This document shows positions 8,392-18,263 of a stretch of DNA of 41,270 nucleotides, in pieces. Source of the stretch: Anaerolineales bacterium. Lineage in GTDB: Bacteria > Chloroflexota > Anaerolineae > Anaerolineales > DRMV01. Numbering within the stretch: the stretch's first letter is position 1; each line of letters opens with the position of its first letter. The notes under the pieces are model-generated. The model was not told the DNA's origin. It was given only the letters and a program-made list of their open reading frames with translations, and did no database searches. The stretch is from contig JALUXH010000199.1 of NCBI GenBank assembly GCA_027019065.1, positions 1 through 41,270 of the forward strand. Direction: 5' to 3'. The translations under genes and the position numbers were made by a program.

Positions 8392-9186
8392 TCAATTCAT
8401 CGGTTTGTGGGCGATAAGAGCAAAAACGCGGTGAGGAACTCGCAAGGGTTCCTCAGGAAAACGGTGGCGTAGCAGACGAGCCAGGTCATCATCAAACGCG
8501 GCTATCGTTTTTGAAGCAAGACCTGCAGCAGCCACGCCGGCGCTTGCCCGTATACGCCCTCGCCAGTCTTCATGGCTGTACGGCACTTCCACATCAAACG
8601 AAAAGCTCTCAATATCCACGAATCCCCCAAAAGCCACGTCAATAAACCAATCCCGATAGATACCGGTACTGCCTGACAGTTTAAGCACCGGAAGATCAGC
8701 CCAGGCAGGGTTATAGGTTTTGATAAGTTCTTCTGTAGCCTGAACTACAGTGCCGGGCAGAGGCAGCCAGTCAAAGTGAGTGATGACCAGCTTTCCGCCG
8801 GGCCGCAAAACCCGAAAAACTTCTCCTGCCGCCTGCTGCCGCTGGAACCAATGCCAGCACTGTCCCGCACTGACCACGTCAAAGACGGCTGCTGCTAAAG
8901 GTAATGCTTCAGCCACAGCCCTTACAGGCATTAATTTTACCCCTTCTTTCTCGGCCAATTCGCAAGCCGCCAGCAGCAACGGCGCGGCTCGGTCAAGCGC
9001 AACGACTTGCCCACCGCTGGCAGCAAATCCGCGCGCCAGGCTCCCCGTGCCACTACCAATATCTAACACTCGTTGGTTAGGGAGGCCAATGGCAAAAGTT
9101 TGCAACCGGCGAAAGAGCACGAGTGGAAATCCGGCGCGGTGCCGAGCGTAGTCCGAAGCAGTGCGCCCAAAATCGATATTCGTCAT
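8392..9186 (-). CDS. Class I SAM-dependent methyltransferase
   Basis: FGRTASDYARHR, VLDIGSGTG, FDVVSAGQCWHW, RVLRPGG. Confidence 0.88.
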   Translation of the reverse strand: MTNIDFGRTASDYARHRAGFPLVLFRRLQTFAIGLPNQRVLDIGSGTGSLARGFAASGGQVVALDRAAPLLLAACELAEKEGVKLMPVRAVAEALPLAAAVFDVVSAGQCWHWFQRQQAAGEVFRVLRPGGKLVITHFDWLPLPGTVVQATEELIKTYNPAWADLPVLKLSGSTGIYRDWFIDVAFGGFVDIESFSFDVEVPYSHEDWRGRIRASAGVAAAGLASKTIAAFDDDLARLLRHRFPEEPLRVPHRVFALIAHKPMN

Positions 9187-9269
9187 GTTCTGAGAGTCGT
9201 CTGATTCCAACGCAACGTCAATCTCAATTAAGGTCTCATGTTACGCAGCTGAGTATCCACATATCTAAG

Positions 9270-9363
9270 CGCCCTCACCTTACCCCCGCTGCGCGCCCCC
9301 TCTCCTCTCCCAGTGGGAGAGGAGAGGGGGCCGAGCCGCCGCGAAGAGGGAGTGGTGAGGGCG
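9270..9363. repeat. Nested C/T-G/A palindromic intergenic repeat (CIR/RPE-like)
   Basis: 18-bp perfect IR 9295-9312 / 9314-9331 inside outer IR CGCCCTCACC / GGTGAGGGCG. Confidence 0.75.
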
Positions 9364-9480
9364 AAAAGGCCGAATGTTCAACGGTTTCATAGGGTGAAAT
9401 TGCTGCCTGTCAATCACTGCTGCGTAACGTGAGTTAAGGTGGCAGATTGGATATCGTGAACCCAAGTCCTGCGCTTTCTT

Positions 9481-11349
9481 TCAGGCGGCGCTGCCTTTGG
9501 GCCTGGGGGTGGCCCGCTTGGGCACCGGCGGCGGGAAGATGGCTTCAAATTCCTCCCGCGAGAGGGTTTCTTCTTCCAGCAGCCGCTGGGCGACGGCGTC
9601 CAGTTTGTCGCGGTATTTCTGCAGCAGGCTTTTGGCCTGGGTATAGGCTTCGTTTACCAGGCGGCGCACTTCGGCGTCGATTTGTTCGGCGATGGTTTCC
9701 GAGTAATCGCGCTGTTCGGCGATTTCCCGGCCGAGGAAGACCAGTTCCTCTTTCTTCCCATAGACCAGCGGCCCCAGGTCATCGCTCATGCCCCAGCGCA
9801 TCACCATGGTGCGCGCCAGGCGGGTGACGCGCTCTAAGTCGTTGGAAGCGCCAGAGGTAATGTCGTCGAACACCAGTTCCTCCGCGGCGCGCCCTCCCAT
9901 CAGGCCGACCATGTCGGCAAACACCTTGCGGCGCGACATCAGGGTGCGGTCTTCTTCCGGAAGGGTGAGGGTGTAGCCGCCGGCCATACCGCGGGCGATG
10001 ATGGAAACCTTGTGCACCGGGTCGGCTTCCGGCAGTGCCTGCATCACCACCGCGTGCCCGGCTTCGTGGTAGGCCACGATGCGCTTTTCGTCTTCGTTGA
10101 TGACGCGGCTCTTGCGCTGCGGCCCGGCGATGACCCGCTCAATGGCTTCCTCAAAATCCGGCTGTTCAATAATCTGGCTGCCGCGGCGGGCGGCGAGGAT
10201 GGCGGCTTCGTTGACCAGGTTTTCCAGGTCGGCGCCCACGAAGCCCGGCGTGGAGCGCGCCAGCACCTTCAAATCCACATCGGGGGAAATCGGCTTGCCG
10301 CGCACATGCACTTTGAGGATGGCTTCCCGGCCGCGCATGTCGGGGCGGTCGAGCACCACGCGGCGGTCGAAGCGGCCCGGGCGCAGCAGCGCCGGGTCGA
10401 GGATGTCGGGGCGGTTGGTGGCGGCCATCACGATGATGTTGGTGTCGCTGTCAAAGCCGTCCATTTCCACCAGCAACTGGTTGAGGGTTTGTTCACGTTC
10501 GTCGTGGCTGCCGCCCAGCCCCGCCCCCCGCTGGCGGCCTACGGCGTCAATTTCGTCCACAAACACGATGCAGGGGGAGTGCCGCTTGGCCTGGTCAAAC
10601 AGGTCGCGCACGCGGCTGGCGCCCACGCCGACGAACATTTCCACAAATTCCGAGCCGGAGATGGAGAAGAAGGGCACGCCCGCTTCCCCGGCCACGGCTT
10701 TTGCCAGCAGGGTTTTGCCCGTCCCCGGCGGCCCCACCAGCAGCACCCCTTTGGGGATGCGCGCGCCGAGGGCGAGGAATTTCTCGGGTTCTTTCAGAAA
10801 CTCCACGACTTCCTGCAATTCTTCTTTGGCTTCGTCCACACCGGCCACGTCGTCAAAAGTCACCATGGGGCGGTCGCCAGTGAACATACGGGCGCGCGAT
10901 TTCCCGAAGGCCAGCGCGCCGCCGCCCCCGCCCTGGCTCTGCCGCATCAGATACCAGAACATCGCCACCACCAGGATGATGGGCAGCACATACATCAGGC
11001 CGGTGAAAATGTCGGGCCAGATGCTGGGCGGCTGGAAATCCAGTTTGACGCGGTCGGGGGCAAGGTCGGTGGTAGAAACGCCGAGGTCGCGCAACTGCCG
11101 CAGGAAGCCTTCCCCGGGCTCGATGTTGGCATTGCGTTTGGTGCCGTCTTTGTAGATGACCTCTACCGAGGTGCTTTTGACCACCATGCGGACGATTTTG
11201 CCCGCGTGCAGGTCGGCAGCCACCTGGTTGAGGTAGAGGGGCGTTTGCTCCCCGCTTTTTCCGGCGTAACTGTACCACAGCACGGCCACCACGGCGAGGA
11301 TGATGAAAAGGTAAAGGGTAGAAGCCCGGCTCCGAGGGGGTGTATTCAC
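9481..11349 (-). CDS. ftsH: ATP-dependent zinc metalloprotease FtsH
   Basis: Two TM segments, [20 protein letters not shown] region [14 protein letters not shown]; GTG start after GGAGG. Confidence 0.97.
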   Translation of the reverse strand: MNTPPRSRASTLYLFIILAVVAVLWYSYAGKSGEQTPLYLNQVAADLHAGKIVRMVVKSTSVEVIYKDGTKRNANIEPGEGFLRQLRDLGVSTTDLAPDRVKLDFQPPSIWPDIFTGLMYVLPIILVVAMFWYLMRQSQGGGGGALAFGKSRARMFTGDRPMVTFDDVAGVDEAKEELQEVVEFLKEPEKFLALGARIPKGVLLVGPPGTGKTLLAKAVAGEAGVPFFSISGSEFVEMFVGVGASRVRDLFDQAKRHSPCIVFVDEIDAVGRQRGAGLGGSHDEREQTLNQLLVEMDGFDSDTNIIVMAATNRPDILDPALLRPGRFDRRVVLDRPDMRGREAILKVHVRGKPISPDVDLKVLARSTPGFVGADLENLVNEAAILAARRGSQIIEQPDFEEAIERVIAGPQRKSRVINEDEKRIVAYHEAGHAVVMQALPEADPVHKVSIIARGMAGGYTLTLPEEDRTLMSRRKVFADMVGLMGGRAAEELVFDDITSGASNDLERVTRLARTMVMRWGMSDDLGPLVYGKKEELVFLGREIAEQRDYSETIAEQIDAEVRRLVNEAYTQAKSLLQKYRDKLDAVAQRLLEEETLSREEFEAIFPPPVPKRATPRPKGSAA

Positions 11350-11509
11350 AGAAACCTCCGTTCGCTTAAGTGGCAACAACGCCCCTCCGCCGCAGCGGGG
11401 CGGGGCTGTTGAGAGATGTCCATCACTGTTGACAAATTATACCAGCCGTCTTCCCTTTGCCGGGGGTTTTAACAAAATGCTCACGAAAGGGAACGCGCCG
11501 GGGCGGGCT

Positions 11510-12883
11510 TCAGGCCGTCTGGCGCTGGGCAGCCTGCTCGGCTTCCCGCCGTTTGAGCAGCAGGGAAAGCAGGAAAAGCACCGCCGCGATGCCGCCCAGC
11601 ACCTGGAACGAGGCGGCATAACCGGCCACGCCGCCGCCCATGCTGGCGGCCACCGCGCCGACCACCGCGCCGGTCAGCATTTGCCCGACTTTCGTCATCA
11701 CCGAAATCAGCGCCTGCGCCGAGGCGCGCTCTTCCGCCGGGGCTTCGGCCAGCATGATGTAGCGCAGCGGCGCGCCCAGCAGCGCCGAAAGCCCAAAGCC
11801 GATGAGGATGGCTGCCGTGTAAAACGCAGCCGTGCTCAGGTGCAGGAAGCCCAACATCGCCGTGCCGATGGCCGCCAGCGCCGTGCCCAACATGATGACC
11901 CGCCGCGAGCCGACTTTATCCAGCCCGTGGCCGAAAAGCGGCGCGCCAATGGAAAGCGTGGCCACCACCGGCAGCAGCATGAAACTGGCCTTCGACTCGC
12001 TGACCCCAAACGCCGCCACCAGCAGCGCCGGGATGAACACCATGCTGCCTTCCACCACGCCGGCCCCGAAGGCCAGCGCGTTGGCCAGCACCAGTTGGCG
12101 CCCGCCGAACAGCCTCGGGTGGATGATGGGGTCAGCGGCGCGGCGTTCCACCCACGCCAGCACGGGCAGCAGCACCACCCCCAGGAGCAGGAACCCCGCC
12201 ACCCGCGGCGAGCGGGCGCTTTCCGCCAGATGGGCAGCGTCTAACTGATTGAGCGCATAAGCCAGGCTGCTGAGCAAGGCCGCCAGCAGCAGCATGCCCT
12301 GCCAGTCGGCTTTCCCCTTGCCCCCCTTGCCCGTGGAAGGCAGCCAGCGCCACGCGGCCGGAATCAGCAGCAAAGCAAAGGGCAGCGGCCCCCAGAAAAG
12401 CATGTGCCACGAGAAGAACTTGAGCACCACCCCCGCCAGTATCGGCCCGATGAGGAAAGCCACGCCGAAGACCGAACCGATGATGCCCAACGCCCTTCCG
12501 CGGCGTTCGGGCGGGAAGGTGTCGCCGATGACCGCCGAAGCCACCGGGAAGATGCCGCCGGCCCCGAAGCCCTGAATGCCGCGCCCCACGATGACCCATG
12601 TGAGCGAAGGAGCCAGCGCCACCACCACCGAGCCCGCAGCAAACAGCAGGACGTCGGCAATATACACATCGCGCCGCCCCAGCCGGTCGGAAAGTTTCGC
12701 CATCAGCGGCGTGCCGATGAGGTTGAAGAGCAAATAAGTGGTGAAGACCCACACCACGGCCCGGTCGGTGGTGTGAAAACCGTCGCGAATGGCCGGCAGC
12801 GCCGGGCCGATGATGGCAATGTCAATGGCTGCCATCAGCACGCCGAGGAAAAGCACCCACAGCACAGGGTTGCGATTTTTCAT
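11510..12883 (-). CDS. MFS transporter, DHA2 (14-TM drug:H+ antiporter)-like
   Basis: AAIDIAIIGPALP, KLSDRLGRR (motif A), GRGIQGFGAGG, many hydrophobic helices. Confidence 0.9.
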   Translation of the reverse strand: MKNRNPVLWVLFLGVLMAAIDIAIIGPALPAIRDGFHTTDRAVVWVFTTYLLFNLIGTPLMAKLSDRLGRRDVYIADVLLFAAGSVVVALAPSLTWVIVGRGIQGFGAGGIFPVASAVIGDTFPPERRGRALGIIGSVFGVAFLIGPILAGVVLKFFSWHMLFWGPLPFALLLIPAAWRWLPSTGKGGKGKADWQGMLLLAALLSSLAYALNQLDAAHLAESARSPRVAGFLLLGVVLLPVLAWVERRAADPIIHPRLFGGRQLVLANALAFGAGVVEGSMVFIPALLVAAFGVSESKASFMLLPVVATLSIGAPLFGHGLDKVGSRRVIMLGTALAAIGTAMLGFLHLSTAAFYTAAILIGFGLSALLGAPLRYIMLAEAPAEERASAQALISVMTKVGQMLTGAVVGAVAASMGGGVAGYAASFQVLGGIAAVLFLLSLLLKRREAEQAAQRQTA

Positions 12884-12986
12884 CTCTCTGCTCCTTCCGT
12901 GCGTTGATTGGCAGGCGCCGGAAGCGCCCTGCTGCTGCCGGTCATACCGGATCAGGAGGGCGTACGCAAAACCGCCTGCCGGAGAG

Positions 12987-13018
12987 TTACCATTTGGTAA
13001 GTTCTGGGAATTGTACCA
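12987..13018 (-). promoter_or_regulatory. Extended -10 promoter and palindromic operator upstream of the MFS gene
   Basis: Minus strand TGGTACAAT followed about 10 nt later by TTACCA-AA-TGGTAA (12987-13000). Confidence 0.55.
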
Positions 13019-13111
13019 TAAAATGGCAACAAGACTCGCCGGAACAAACCCTCCGGCGCACTAAAATGTTGCAGGGCGGGACGCCGTTCCGCCTTACGAG
13101 GGCCTGTTTTT

Positions 13112-13306
13112 GTAACTGCCTACGCTGGGGTGCCCTCCAGGCGTCTTGATGTGCTGCGCCTTTGCCATACCCCTCCCCTTGCTCCCCTCCCCGCATGCGG
13201 GGAGGGGATGGGGGTGGGGTCAACGCAGCGGCGGCGGCGCCAAAGAAAAACGCGGTGTGAAAACACGCCTCGCATTGCCAGCGCTACGATTTGGGTAGGC
13301 AATTAC
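13112..13306. mobile_element. MITE-like element carrying a CIR-like palindrome
   Basis: TIRs GTAACTGCCTAC (13112-13123) / GTAGGCAATTAC (13295-13306), one mismatch, T-run flanks; internal perfect 26-bp palindrome at 13183-13208. Confidence 0.55.
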
Positions 13307-13416
13307 TTTTTTTCGGCGTTTGGCCGGGGTGGAGCGGGAATGCGGGGGTGCCGGGGGCAGGTATTTGCCCCCGGCCGTGAGGGTGTTCCCCACAACCTTT
13401 GGGTGCTCTTCACTGC

Positions 13417-13473
13417 TTGACAAAGGCCCTCACTCTCCCTATAATGTAAATGCGCTTCCAAATCGTTTTGGAA
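13417..13473 (+). promoter_or_regulatory. Consensus sigma70 promoter plus LacI-type operator
   Basis: TTGACA(13417)-17 bp-TATAAT(13440); operator TTCCAAATCGTTTTGGAA (13456-13473) is a near-perfect palindrome with central CG. Confidence 0.85.
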
Positions 13474-13515
13474 AAGGCGGGACGCCCCGTCCATCAGCCC
13501 AAAAGGACAGGCAGC

Positions 13516-14532
13516 ATGGCCAACGCGGTCACAATCAAAGACATTGCCCGGCGGGTGGGGAAATCGGTGACGACCGTTTCGCGGGCTCTGCATGGCTATT
13601 CGGATGTCGCGCCGGAAACCCGCGAACTGGTACAGCGCGTCGCCCGCGAGATGGGCTACACCCCCAACGTCATGGCGCAGCGCCTGCAGAAGCAGCGCGC
13701 CGAAACCCTCGGCCTCATCTTGCCGACGTTTGGGCCGCGCTTTTCCGACCCCTTTTTCAGCGAATTCGTCGCCGGGGTTGGCAACCAGGCTGCCGAGCGG
13801 GGCTACGATTTGCTGCTTTCCACCCGCGCCCCCGGAGAAGAAGAAATGGTGGCTTACCGCAAGGCGGCGTTAGGGCGGCGCGTGGATGGCTTCATCATCA
13901 TCCGCACCCGCGCCAACGACGAGCGCATCCGCTTCCTGCAACAGATCGGCTTCCCGTTCGTGGCTTTCGGGCGCACCGCCGATGCCGACGGCTTCCCTTA
14001 CGTGGACGAAGACGGCGTGGAAGGTATGCGCCAGATTGCCCACCACCTGGCCGACCTGGGACACCGCCGCATTGGCTACCTTTCCCCCCCGCTGGACCTG
14101 ATGTTTGCCCAGCACCGGCTGGAAGGCCTCCGGCGCGGGCTGGCCGAGCGCGGCCTGGCGCTGGATGAAACCTACCTGCGCATCGGCGCGCTGACCGAGC
14201 AAAGCGGCTATGCCCTGGCGCGGGAGCTGCTGGCCTTGCCTTCCCCGCCCACCGCCCTTGCCTGCGGCAACGACCTGATGGCCATCGGCGCCATGCGGGC
14301 AGCGCAAGAGCAGGGTTTGAAAATCGGCAGCGACATCGCCATCAGCGGCTTTGACGACATTCCCCTGGCCCAGCACACCTTTCCCCCTTTGACCACCGTC
14401 CACCAGCCGATTTACCAAATCGGCAAACGGGTGGCTTCCATGCTGATCAACCTGGTAGAAGGCATGCCCCTGGCCGAGCGCCAGGTTTTGCTCAAACCCG
14501 AGTTCGTTGTGCGGCAATCCACGCTACCCTGA
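13516..14532 (+). CDS. LacI-family transcriptional regulator
   Basis: TIKDIARRVGKSVTTVSRAL HTH, YTPN hinge, GFDD..., PPLTTVHQP. Confidence 0.95.
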   Translation: MANAVTIKDIARRVGKSVTTVSRALHGYSDVAPETRELVQRVAREMGYTPNVMAQRLQKQRAETLGLILPTFGPRFSDPFFSEFVAGVGNQAAERGYDLLLSTRAPGEEEMVAYRKAALGRRVDGFIIIRTRANDERIRFLQQIGFPFVAFGRTADADGFPYVDEDGVEGMRQIAHHLADLGHRRIGYLSPPLDLMFAQHRLEGLRRGLAERGLALDETYLRIGALTEQSGYALARELLALPSPPTALACGNDLMAIGAMRAAQEQGLKIGSDIAISGFDDIPLAQHTFPPLTTVHQPIYQIGKRVASMLINLVEGMPLAERQVLLKPEFVVRQSTLP

Positions 14533-14614
14533 GGAGGTGCCCTCGCCAAAATCCTGTTGTGTGCCCTACCCGAATTTTCTGACCTCAGTCGCTTTTTCTA
14601 AGGAGGAAAGCAAG

Positions 14615-16066
14615 ATGAAACGCAAACTCTATGCCCTGTTTGGGCTGCTGCTGGTCTTCAGCATGGTCCTGGTGGCCTGCGGCCAGCAGTCGCCGGCAAC
14701 GGTCGTCGTCACCAAAGAGGTCAAGGAAGTCGTGACCCAGGTTGTGACGCAGCAGGTTGTCGTAACCAAAGAAGTCCAGGCCAAACCGACCCACGTGATT
14801 GAATTCTGGACGACCGACAACGAAGAAGAGCGCGTCAAGCGGTACGAGGAAGTCGCCAACCGCTACATGAAACTGCACCCCGATGTGGAAATCCGCATCG
14901 TGCCCATTGACGAAGCCACCATCAGCCAGCGGATTGCCACCGCGCAGGCCGCCAATCGCCTGCCCGACATTGTGCGCATGGGCGTGGAGCGCGTGGCCGC
15001 ATTCGCCGCCGATGGCATTTTGGACGAAAACCTGGCGAGCAAGGCCATTGATTCCATTGGCAAAGATGATTTCCGCGCCGGCCCGCTGCAGATGGTCACC
15101 GACCCCTCTACCGGCAAATACGCCGCCGTGCCTTACGACGGCTGGATCCAGGCCATTTGGTACCGCAAAGACATTTTTGACCAGCTGGGACTGAAGCCGC
15201 CCATCACCTGGGACGACATCAACGCCGCCTGCGACAAACTGCCCGGCACCGGCAACCTGCTGTATGCTCTGGTGCTGCCCACCGACCCCGGCCAGAACTA
15301 CCCGCATCAGGTGTTTGAACAGGTTGCCATGTCGAACGACGCCTGGCCGTTTGACAAGCAAGGCAACGTCACGATGGATTCGCCCAACATGGTGGAAGCC
15401 CTGAAGTTCTACACCGGCCTGCAGCGCTGCGCCGCCCCCGGCCCGCAATACTGGCGCGGGGCGCGTGAAATGTACGAACTTGACCAATCGGGCATGCTCT
15501 TCTATTCCACCTACATCATGGACGACCTGGTCGTAGGCTCCGGCAAACAGGGCGGCGGCAACATCCAGATTGCCGTGCCCGACCTGGCGAAGAAGACCGG
15601 CTTTGCGCCTGTGATGCAGGGCCCCAACGGCCAGGCCACTTATGGCCAGCTGGTTACCCTCGGCATCATGAAAGGCGCCGATCCGGTGGCTGCCGATGTG
15701 GTCAAATTCTTTATGACCGGCCAAAACTACCAGGATATCCTCGCCCTGGCGCCGTTCGGCAAGGTGCCGGTGCTGAAGAGCGCGGTGAAAGGCTGGAAGG
15801 GCTTGAGCAAATACTTCAAGTATTACAGCCCCGAAACGCTGGATGAAATCGCCAACGGCTACGACCACATGCAGCGCTGGCTCTTCCGCCCCGACTACAA
15901 CGCCACCGAACGCGCCGTCATCGGCGACATTGAAGGCCGCCTGCTCATCCCGCAGGTCATCAGCAACATCGCACTGGAAGGCAGCATGACGCCCGACGAA
16001 GGCGCGAAGTGGCTTCAGCAGCAAGTGGAGCAACTTTACGCCGACCGCAAGAACCAGAAGAAGTAG
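14615..16066 (+). CDS. Carbohydrate ABC transporter substrate-binding lipoprotein (resembles YcjN group)
   Basis: Lipobox LVAC, VVTKEV linker, IWYRKD, YSTYI; AAGGAGG RBS. Confidence 0.85.
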   Translation: MKRKLYALFGLLLVFSMVLVACGQQSPATVVVTKEVKEVVTQVVTQQVVVTKEVQAKPTHVIEFWTTDNEEERVKRYEEVANRYMKLHPDVEIRIVPIDEATISQRIATAQAANRLPDIVRMGVERVAAFAADGILDENLASKAIDSIGKDDFRAGPLQMVTDPSTGKYAAVPYDGWIQAIWYRKDIFDQLGLKPPITWDDINAACDKLPGTGNLLYALVLPTDPGQNYPHQVFEQVAMSNDAWPFDKQGNVTMDSPNMVEALKFYTGLQRCAAPGPQYWRGAREMYELDQSGMLFYSTYIMDDLVVGSGKQGGGNIQIAVPDLAKKTGFAPVMQGPNGQATYGQLVTLGIMKGADPVAADVVKFFMTGQNYQDILALAPFGKVPVLKSAVKGWKGLSKYFKYYSPETLDEIANGYDHMQRWLFRPDYNATERAVIGDIEGRLLIPQVISNIALEGSMTPDEGAKWLQQQVEQLYADRKNQKK

Positions 16067-16079
16067 CCGTTCCACCCTT

Positions 16080-16120
16080 GCCGAGGGATGGCCGTTGTGA
16101 ACGCCATCCCTCGGCTTTTT
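16080..16120 (+). terminator. Stem-loop/terminator after the SBP gene
   Basis: GCCGAGGGATGGC ... GCCATCCCTCGGC followed by TTTTT. Confidence 0.7.
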
Positions 16121-16350
16121 TACCCCGCCCCTGCTCGGGCTTTTGCAAAACGGGCTGCGGATGGCGCAGAGAACGGTGGATGTGCGCGGCAACAGGGAAC
16201 ACCGCCACGAACTACGGCCACAAACCCGCTTTGCCGGCCCCGTTGTCTCGTCCGTTGTGCTCCTCAGGAAACGCTGTGGCTCGGCTTCTGCAGAATCTGC
16301 GGCTCGCTGCCGAGTTGAGCAGGCCCATTTCGCCTTTACCGAGGTGGCTT

Positions 16351-17286
16351 ATGTCTGTGGTTTCCCGCTGGCGGTCGCTGCGCGCCCAGGAGGCGCGGCT
16401 GGGGTGGGCGCTGCTCGCCCCAACGCTGATCATCGTCTTTGGGCTGGTCATCTTTCCGGCGTTCTTCAGCATCTGGATCAGTTTCCACGCGGTGGGGCTG
16501 CATAACCTGAACGACGTCTTCCATGCGCCGTTCAACGGCTTGGAAAACTACAAGCGCGTGGTCACCGATTTTGCCTTCAAGTACCACAGCATCCAGAACA
16601 TGGGCGCGGCGCTGACCAGCATCGTGTATTCGTTTAGCGCCACCCTTTTGGCTCTCATCGGCGGGCTGGTGGCGGCTTTGCTGCTGAACAAGCCTTTCCG
16701 CGGCCGCGGGCTGGTGCGGGCGACGTTCCTCTTTTCCTACGTCGCGCCCATCGTGAGCGTGGCTTTCGTCTGGCGCTGGATTCTGGACCCGCGCCCTTCG
16801 GGGGTGATGAACGACCTTTTGATGCGCCTGGGCGTCATCCACGCGCCGATGGCTTACCTTTCCCAGCGAGGCCTGGCGCTCATTGTGGTCATTTTGCTGG
16901 ATGCGTGGCGTTATTTCCCCTTTGCCATGCTGATGATTCTGGCGCGGCTGCAGGCCATCGACAAAAGCCTGTACGAAGCCGCCGAGGTGGACGGCGCCAA
17001 TGTGTGGGAACGCTTCCGCTACATCACCATTCCGGAACTGCGCTTTGTGCTCGGTGCGGTTTTCCTGCTGCGGCTGATCTGGACGTTCAACAAATTTGAC
17101 GACATCTTCCTGCTCACAGGCGGCGGTTTTGGCACCAAAGTTTTGCCCATTCTGGTGTACGAATTCAGTTTTCGCCTGCGCGACTTCGGCCGCGGCGCGG
17201 CGGCTGCCATGATTCTGGTGGCGTTCCTGGTGGTGTTCATTGCCGTTTACCTGCGCTTCGTGATGCGTTCCGAAGAGGAAGCCTGA
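16351..17286 (+). CDS. Carbohydrate ABC transporter permease (MalF-like)
   Basis: LYEAAEVDGANVWERFRYITIP EAA motif, TM helices; GAGGTG RBS. Confidence 0.92.
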   Translation: MSVVSRWRSLRAQEARLGWALLAPTLIIVFGLVIFPAFFSIWISFHAVGLHNLNDVFHAPFNGLENYKRVVTDFAFKYHSIQNMGAALTSIVYSFSATLLALIGGLVAALLLNKPFRGRGLVRATFLFSYVAPIVSVAFVWRWILDPRPSGVMNDLLMRLGVIHAPMAYLSQRGLALIVVILLDAWRYFPFAMLMILARLQAIDKSLYEAAEVDGANVWERFRYITIPELRFVLGAVFLLRLIWTFNKFDDIFLLTGGGFGTKVLPILVYEFSFRLRDFGRGAAAAMILVAFLVVFIAVYLRFVMRSEEEA

Positions 17287-17298
17287 GGAGGAGCCCCC

Positions 17299-18195
17299 AT
17301 GCGCGACCGTGAAAATATCCTGACCTACATGGCGCGGCGGATGAACCTGGGGAAGATCATCTGGCTGCTCACGCTGACCTTTTTCCTGGTGGGGGTGCTC
17401 TTCCCGTTTTACTGGATGGTTTCCTCTTCGTTCAAAACCCAGCGGGAAATCGCCGGCCGCCACCCCGTGTATGTGCCCCATGCCTTGCGGCTGGAAGCCT
17501 ACAAGGAATTATTTGACCCCAGCGCGCCGCATTTTCAGGATTTCGGGCGCAATATCGTCAACAGCATCAAGGTTTCGGTGCCCACCGCGTTGATTGCCGT
17601 GATTTTGAGCGTGCTGGGGGCGTATGCCATTGCCCGCCTGCGCTTCAAAGGCAAGGAACTGATGCTCAACGGCGTGCTGGCGGTGTACCTCATTCCAGGG
17701 GTGCTGCTCATCATCCCTCTGTTTGCCATGCTGGCGAAAATCGGCGACGCCGTCGGTTTTGAAGTGCAGGATAACCTCGGCGTGCTGGTCGTCACCTACC
17801 TGGCGCAAACGCTGCCGGTGGCGCTCTACATGCTCACCAATTACTTCCGCACCATTCCCGACGAAATTGAGCAGGCGGCGCTCATTGACGGCTGCAACCG
17901 GCTGGAAGTCATCTGGCGGGTGACGCTGCCGCTTTCCATCCCCGCGATTGTGTCGGTGTTCGTTTACACTTTCATGATTGCGTGGAACGAGTTTCTCTAT
18001 GCCTTCGTCTTCCTCAACAGCCGCCAGATGTTCACCATGCCCATCAAGATCCAGGCCATTTTCAGCGACCCCAGCCCGCGGCCGCATGTGGTGATGGCGG
18101 CTTCCACCATCATGACGGTGCCGGTGGTGCTGCTGTTCCTGGTGCTGGAACGCTTTTTGGAAGAAGGCCTGACGGCAGGCGGCGTGAAGGGGTAA
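17299..18195 (+). CDS. Carbohydrate ABC transporter permease (MalG-like)
   Basis: IPDEIEQAALIDGC, AWNEFLYA, C-terminal GLTAGGVKG. Confidence 0.93.
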   Translation: MRDRENILTYMARRMNLGKIIWLLTLTFFLVGVLFPFYWMVSSSFKTQREIAGRHPVYVPHALRLEAYKELFDPSAPHFQDFGRNIVNSIKVSVPTALIAVILSVLGAYAIARLRFKGKELMLNGVLAVYLIPGVLLIIPLFAMLAKIGDAVGFEVQDNLGVLVVTYLAQTLPVALYMLTNYFRTIPDEIEQAALIDGCNRLEVIWRVTLPLSIPAIVSVFVYTFMIAWNEFLYAFVFLNSRQMFTMPIKIQAIFSDPSPRPHVVMAASTIMTVPVVLLFLVLERFLEEGLTAGGVKG

Positions 18196-18263
18196 TTGCC
18201 GTCTCCCCCGTTTTATGGGCAGGATCGGCGGCGCGTGGGAACTTCCACGCGCCGCCTGGGCGT

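Noticed and set aside
11406-11432. CTGTTGA direct repeat in the ftsH leader as a regulator site
   Set aside because: Only 7 bp twice and not a CIRCE match; insufficient support.
12920-12965. Possible SRP (4.5S) RNA
   Set aside because: Has AGCAG- and CAGG-like words but not on the same strand around a GNRA loop.
16121-16350. Possible MITE between SBP and permease (TTTTGCAAAA / TTCTGCAGAA)
   Set aside because: Inverted repeats too degenerate and no target duplication seen.
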